Position numbers and translations under genes: made by a program. The notes under the pieces are model-generated. The model was not told where the DNA came from, searched no databases, and was given only the letters and a program-made list of their open reading frames with translations. Below are positions 58,192-64,000 of a stretch of DNA of 64,000 bases, one piece after another. Each line of letters begins with the position of its first letter. Within the stretch, counting starts at the first letter, position 1. Source of the stretch: Octopus vulgaris (Eukaryota); the NCBI GenBank assembly GCA_951406725.2, contig OX597821.1, positions 106,950,001 to 107,014,000 of the forward strand, in the 5' to 3' direction.

Positions 58192-58459
58192 TTAATAATA
58201 ATAATAGCAATTGTAGATAATGTTGATTGGGTGCCCTTGTTTTGAACATTTTATTGTCATGTAAACATAATACGTGTCAGCACTTACTAAGATAATCAAT
58301 ACCAATTTGTTAAATGAAAATCAAATACATTTTCGTATTTACATTTGATACATAAACAGTTATGCATCTGTACGAGCACAAGTACACATACACATACAAC
58401 TATATGTGTATGTACGCCTATACGGGTATACATAGCCATTTCTCTCTCTCTCTCTCATG

Positions 58460-58600
<141 letters not shown>

Positions 58601-58799
58601 CATATATATATATGTATATATGTATATGTATATATACACATATATATATATCTTTATACTTGTGAGTGCATGTATAAAAGCAAGTGTTTACTGTGTGGGT
58701 GTGTACTCATCATGAACGATAATTAAGAAATCAAAATTATAGATCTCTTTATTGACAATAATTATAGGTGTCGTTAATTAAGAACCAGCCTAGGCATGT

Positions 58800-60800
58800 T
58801 TCTTTATTAATGAAACCTGCTAATAATAAAACTGGCAATAAAATGCAGGCGGTTGAGCAGATGGATCCTTAGAACTTACAGAACGATTGAAAAAAAAATC
58901 TTTGATTGCTCTTTGGGGTGCATTCGTCCCCAGTCGTTTGACAACTTCGACGAACTATGGTCCACACAAAATGAAGCTAATGAAACTACACAAAGAATAT
59001 TATATAAATGCTTGTCATTAGTATCCTTCGACCAATCTATGGTTGGTCTGAACACCATTGACAGCCCTTTTCCACACTATATGGTCCTGCATTGCTGTGT
59101 TCAGATCTCTAATATGCAGCACTGAGTCCCAAGATAACTTATCTAGAAATGTCAGTTTTCCGGAGAAAGTCCTTTGCAAAAGGCCTTTTGGGGGTCTACT
59201 ATGTGTGAAGCTACGTATTTGAAGTCGTCAATGATTTTGATTGATATATTATTGAGCGATTTATGTTCCGTTAACTTGGAAGAGGTCGTGGTACACTCTA
59301 TCTTACTTCCGTTGCAATATAGGCCGACCTGCTTTGCTGTTTTTTCTAGTGCATGTAGCAAATATTTTGCATCTTTAAAACAATGGGATATCAAGGCAAG
59401 ATCGTCACCAATGTCAAAATCAGTTAAATAGTGTGCACAATGCCGCCTGCTCTGGCGGGGTTTTAAATGGAGTCCTTTTCCTCCATACCGTCTTTGGAAA
59501 TGAGCAGAACATAGTCGAGAATAATGATTGACAAGAAAGGAGAGAGTGTGTCAACCTGCGGTACACCTGCTTCAACATCAAAGGAATCAGTCTCTCCATC
59601 AGGAGATATAACTGTTGCAGTGGTGTTTGTATACAGCGCTCTGATAGCATCAACAATCCTGGGGGAATACCATAGAGTGCAAATATTTTAAGTATAAGAT
59701 CTCTGCTGATGGAATCAAATGCCTACTGAAAGTCGACAAAACCGATTATGACGCTCTTGTTAAACTTTTTCATTTCTTCCTCTATGTGTCGGATGGAGAA
59801 GATTTGAGCAGTTGTTGACCGACCCGTTCTAAATCCATTCTGATTCTTACGAAGAAGTGGATCGAGCATAGGTGCAATGCTATTAATCAGAAGTTTGTTA
59901 TAAACTTTTGCTGTAATCGGGATCAGAGTAATGCCTCTGTAATTTACAGCACTTGTTATATCACCTTTTTTTTTTGGGGGGGGGGACAATTCCCCGCTCC
60001 AACCAAGGTTATGGAGGTCAATGATGTGCATATGTGTCATTGCAGAAACCAAGGAAGGTTTCATGAAATATTAGATCCCTCCACAGTAATATTGGTATGT
60101 TATCGAGTTCTGGAGACTTATTGTTAGCAAAAGTACTGAGAGCTACTTTGAGCTCATCCAACGTGGAAAGCTTCGTGTTCATGTCTAATACATTCGATAT
60201 TTGGCATAGAGGAAGTGGACGACCGCTAGTTGGTGGTGGTTCTCCAAAAAGTTTCTGTAAGTGGTCAAACCAGTTGGCGAAGCATCTTTGAAGTTATTTT
60301 TATCAGGCCTCACTTCATCTCAAATTTCGATGTTTGTAGATGCTTCCTTGCTTCTCACACACGGACATCTGCATGAATTGAACTGAGCGTTATTCTTACC
60401 TTCTTTAGTAGTTTTCAAAGGTCAATTTCTTATGTGGGCTGCTATGAGCTTATCATATTGTGTTTCAATGTTGTCAGTGTACTCTGAGAGCATTTCAAAA
60501 CGGTTTTTAAAATCTATTGCAAATGAGTGTCCTAAGACTTTATCTGATGATACTTTGGACCAGACTATCTGCTTCATGGGGTTTGGGACTGGTGGTTTTG
60601 ATGATCTGAGCCAATAAATGCGAAGGAGGAGTATTTCTGTGGATTTCGGGCACTATTCTTCCACTTGTTTCTTACAAGTATGTAGTCTATTTGTGCATAA
60701 GTTTCAGATGGGTGCTGAAATGCCCACAACCGTTTTGGGTGTTTCATGAACGTTTTTGGAACTCTGAGAAAAATCTGATTTTGGAACTCGTGAAGAAAAT
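58800..60800 (-). mobile_element. Decayed LINE (RTE-like) reverse transcriptase
   Basis: KKGDITSAVNYRGITLIPITAKVYNKLL...LRKNQNGFRTGRST..QIF...FVDFQ; LEKTAKQVGLYCNGSK...DDFKY. Confidence 0.85.
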
Positions 60801-63139
60801 CATTCCATTTTATCCTGTTGTGGTCAGTCTGCTTGCTATAGGGGAAGAGCGAATCATCCCTCCATATTTGGCCATTAAAATCACCTGCTATAACAAGGAG
60901 GTTGTGGGAAGGGACACGTTCCTATACTCCCTTCCTCATCACATGTGCAAATTTCTCATCACGTGGGCAGTAACGCGCAATTAATGTGGATAGAGGATTA
61001 ATACTCAGCTCGGCAACAATTTTTATGTACTTCTACGTGTATTTTATTCTCTTATCTCTATTTTATCTTCGTGTTTCTATCTATCGGCAGTCAGATATTT
61101 TCTCAACAGAGAGCAAGTTCTCTGTGGCTCTTGGAGACAGGAGTATACCAGCACCGCCTATAGTGGAGCCCAGGGAGTTTTAATAGCAGAGGTCGTAATA
61201 AGTTGGTATCTATCAAGATTGGTATACTTCAAATCTGCATCAGGGTGATGATTCTTGTGTTCTTGGGTGTTCAGTATATCAAATTTGTTCTTGTTTTGAT
61301 AAAGTTCGTAAATTAAAAGTGCTGCAGGCAACAGGTCTTTTGCACTTTATAAGTTTGTTGGTTTATCCTGCATCTACATCTACCTCTTCACAGCTACCAC
61401 GCTCTAAGTGTTTAGAAGTAGCTGGTCATACATCACATGGAAAAAAGATGAGAATTTAGAACTGAAGAAGCAGGTGCTCGAACCCTGGCGCTGCAACTGG
61501 ACGCTATGGCAATTCTTTCTGTAGCTGATACAGAAGCGGATCGCCTCTCCTACATCCAGATATTTTTTACATACGAGACACCATCTCAAGGGAGATTACC
61601 ATCCAAGGCTTATATGACTCATGTGTCAATTTCTCAACAGTTTATACACACACATATATATTAGTATTTTGTGAATTTAACAATGCCTTTGGGCGGCCCG
61701 ATGCTAAAGACGTACGCAATTTCCTAACATACCACACAGTTGGACTGAAACCGGAATCACGTGGTTGTTAAGCTAGTTTCTTATCATTTGGCCATGCCCC
61801 AGATTCGTAGCTATTCAGAACTCATATCAGACGTAAAATATTCTAGGGAACCATTACCGTATGATAAAATCAAAAGAAAAATCCCTAACAACGCGAAAGA
61901 CCATATACTAAATGTCACAATAAATAGCTGTGCATATCATAAACAAAAATCAATTCTACATTAACGAATGAGATTGTTACTCATAATTCAGGAAGAAGGA
62001 ATTTGTTGTCCAAATAAATCTGTTTAAATGCTGGGGGCAATGACAAGGAGGAAGAAATCTGGGAATAAATTTTAAAATCCTTTCTACTGGAAGGACATGG
62101 CTTCAAAAAATAAATAGTGAAATAAATCTCTCTATATATAAAGCTGAAGTTGTCTGTGTATGGCAGGGTTGGTAGACTTCAACTAACTCTATCTCCTCCG
62201 AGACCCTGCGGTGCAAGTTGACCAAAATTAAAAGTATGATAGAAGAAGGCTTGCTCTTCTTTCTGTAGAAGAAAAAAATCAAATCGGACCATGTTAACAC
62301 CAAAAATTATTTACATCAAAAGGTACTCTTTTTTTCTATGAAAAACCCTATTTTCTACGATTATTTGACTGCTGTGCCGCCATTTTTCGGTGTATTTCAA
62401 CCAGAAAAATATTCACTTAAAGAGAATAACAAAATGCATGATGCAATTTTTTTTACTTTTCAAAAGTTCCAATTCTAAAGGGTCGAAACAAACCCGAGCA
62501 ACGCCGGGCTATACTGCTAGTCGAATATAAATTTGATACGTAACTTCCAATCTCCATTAAAATCGTGAATAATAGAATGACTACCAAGGAGTATTAAAAG
62601 GTGTTTCTGTATCAATAGTATTTTCTATTTTTCATTTCACATCTTGTCACAAGACCAGCGGCTTAGATGCTATGAGTGGATCACGTCGATCTGAGAGTTC
62701 AAGATGAGACTTACTTTATTGGCAGGTGTTGTTAGAAGTGAAATCTCAGACCTTGCAAGACCCTGTGACCCATCTTGCCCAATAAGAGCCCACTTTCGAG
62801 TTGCCATCTTGGTCTCCCTCTGTTCCATCATTCTGTAAAACCAAAGCCAAAATAAGCTAGGTTTCTGCGAAAGTTCAAAGTCGCATAGAGACGAATCAGA
62901 CTGTTGGAAATAATAAAGTAAATATGTCACCTGGTAAATCTATGCATGTGCGTGTGTCTGTGTGTGAGTATGCCTATGTTTGAATATTTGTGTGCGTGAG
63001 TGAATGTATGTACATTGAACAACCAGCTACTCGTATTGTGTTTGTGTGTCTGTGTGCTTCTTTGTGTGTGAGTATCTGCGTGTGAATGAATATACAAAAC
63101 ATCAACTAGGTTATCATATAGAAAACTTATAACACTTAC

Positions 63140-64000
63140 CGATCTGTTTAAACGAATTCCAAGCCAAATCATTCCCAACAAAATGAGCAGCATAACGTTT
63201 ACATTGAATAATACATAAACATATGTATATAGGTTAGTTGTGAAGGAATAATTTATCATTCCATAAGTTGCAAGGCAGCAGCTTATTATACTATAGAGTA
63301 CGATAAATCCGGATGTCATCTGCAGAGATTCGTTGACTAGTCTCAGTACTGAGCTTAGAGTATCGTGTGTGTTACATATTTCTGTAATCTTTTTGTGTTT
63401 CTTGAAAACACCTGTATTGTCGGATTGCTGTTCCGTTACGCACCTTTGAGCCTCCTTCGCCACTTTGTTAAATTCATAAATAGCTGCAATACTGATTATA
63501 AAGTCTATATAGAGGTCTAATAACACAATCACCAGAGAGATGCCATTGAATATAGTCTGTATTATTAAAACTAGTATATGATATTTATTGTATGTTGGAA
63601 GAGGAAATATTAAAAATGTCAGAAAATCGTTGCTGCAGAGCGGAAAAATGATGTCTATACAGACATCGAGAAAGAGAGGGGTGAATATAAATACAAAGAA
63701 AGTTGTATGTGAATATACTGAATTAGTGTTATAATATTTTCTATCTTCCTCGTCAGTTTCAAGTTCGGCAAAATTTTCAAAGAGTTGATTGTCGTCAGAA
63801 TCCTTTAACATTTTCGCGAAAAAGAAAAGAGATAAGTAACACCTGTAAATTAATATGTAAAAATACACAAGCATTCCACCTGTGGTAGTATTCTGCTGTT
63901 GTATTATATCCACAAGATGTCGAATCGGGTTCATAATCAAATACACGAGGTACAGCAAGTAAAATGCAGACAGGCAAATTGCTTTAAACTCGAGTGCTTT
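63140..64000 (-). CDS. GRL variable first exon E (5' part outside the window)
   Basis: Open frame KALEFKAICLSAFYLLYLVYLIMNPIRH...WLGIRLNRS|gtaagt; closest paralog of exon D. Confidence 0.85.

Overview
AT-rich, microsatellite- and repeat-dense eukaryotic DNA. The SINE and microsatellite landscape suggests an octopod cephalopod; this is an inference. The only host genes I can support belong to a minus-strand gustatory-receptor-like (GRL / 7TM ion channel) chemoreceptor locus. Five paralogous ~0.95-kb first exons (A 10698-9749, B 28396-27445, C 45960-45025, D 57697-56741, E >64000-63140) each encode about six hydrophobic segments, and all end at the same phase-0 donor after 'W.G.(R/H)LN.S'. Only two sets of the three small 3' exons are visible: VHSITQ..., ILVFLNRL...DVGGCFVITPSSTLT and MIGSFITYILVVIQTKPL*. 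They lie at 24032-21178 and, as a segmental duplicate, at 3230-<1. Exons B, C, D and E therefore appear to be alternative 'variable' first exons spliced to one shared 'constant' anchor/pore cassette, an architecture like Drosophila Gr28b/Gr39a or vertebrate clustered protocadherins. Exon A uses the duplicated cassette. The rest is decayed mobile DNA: full-length Tc1 and mariner copies, Penelope-like GIY-YIG fragments, hammerhead-ribozyme motifs, RTE-like, CR1-like and R4/Dong-like LINE pieces, hAT remnants, MITEs, tRNA-derived SINEs and long palindromes.
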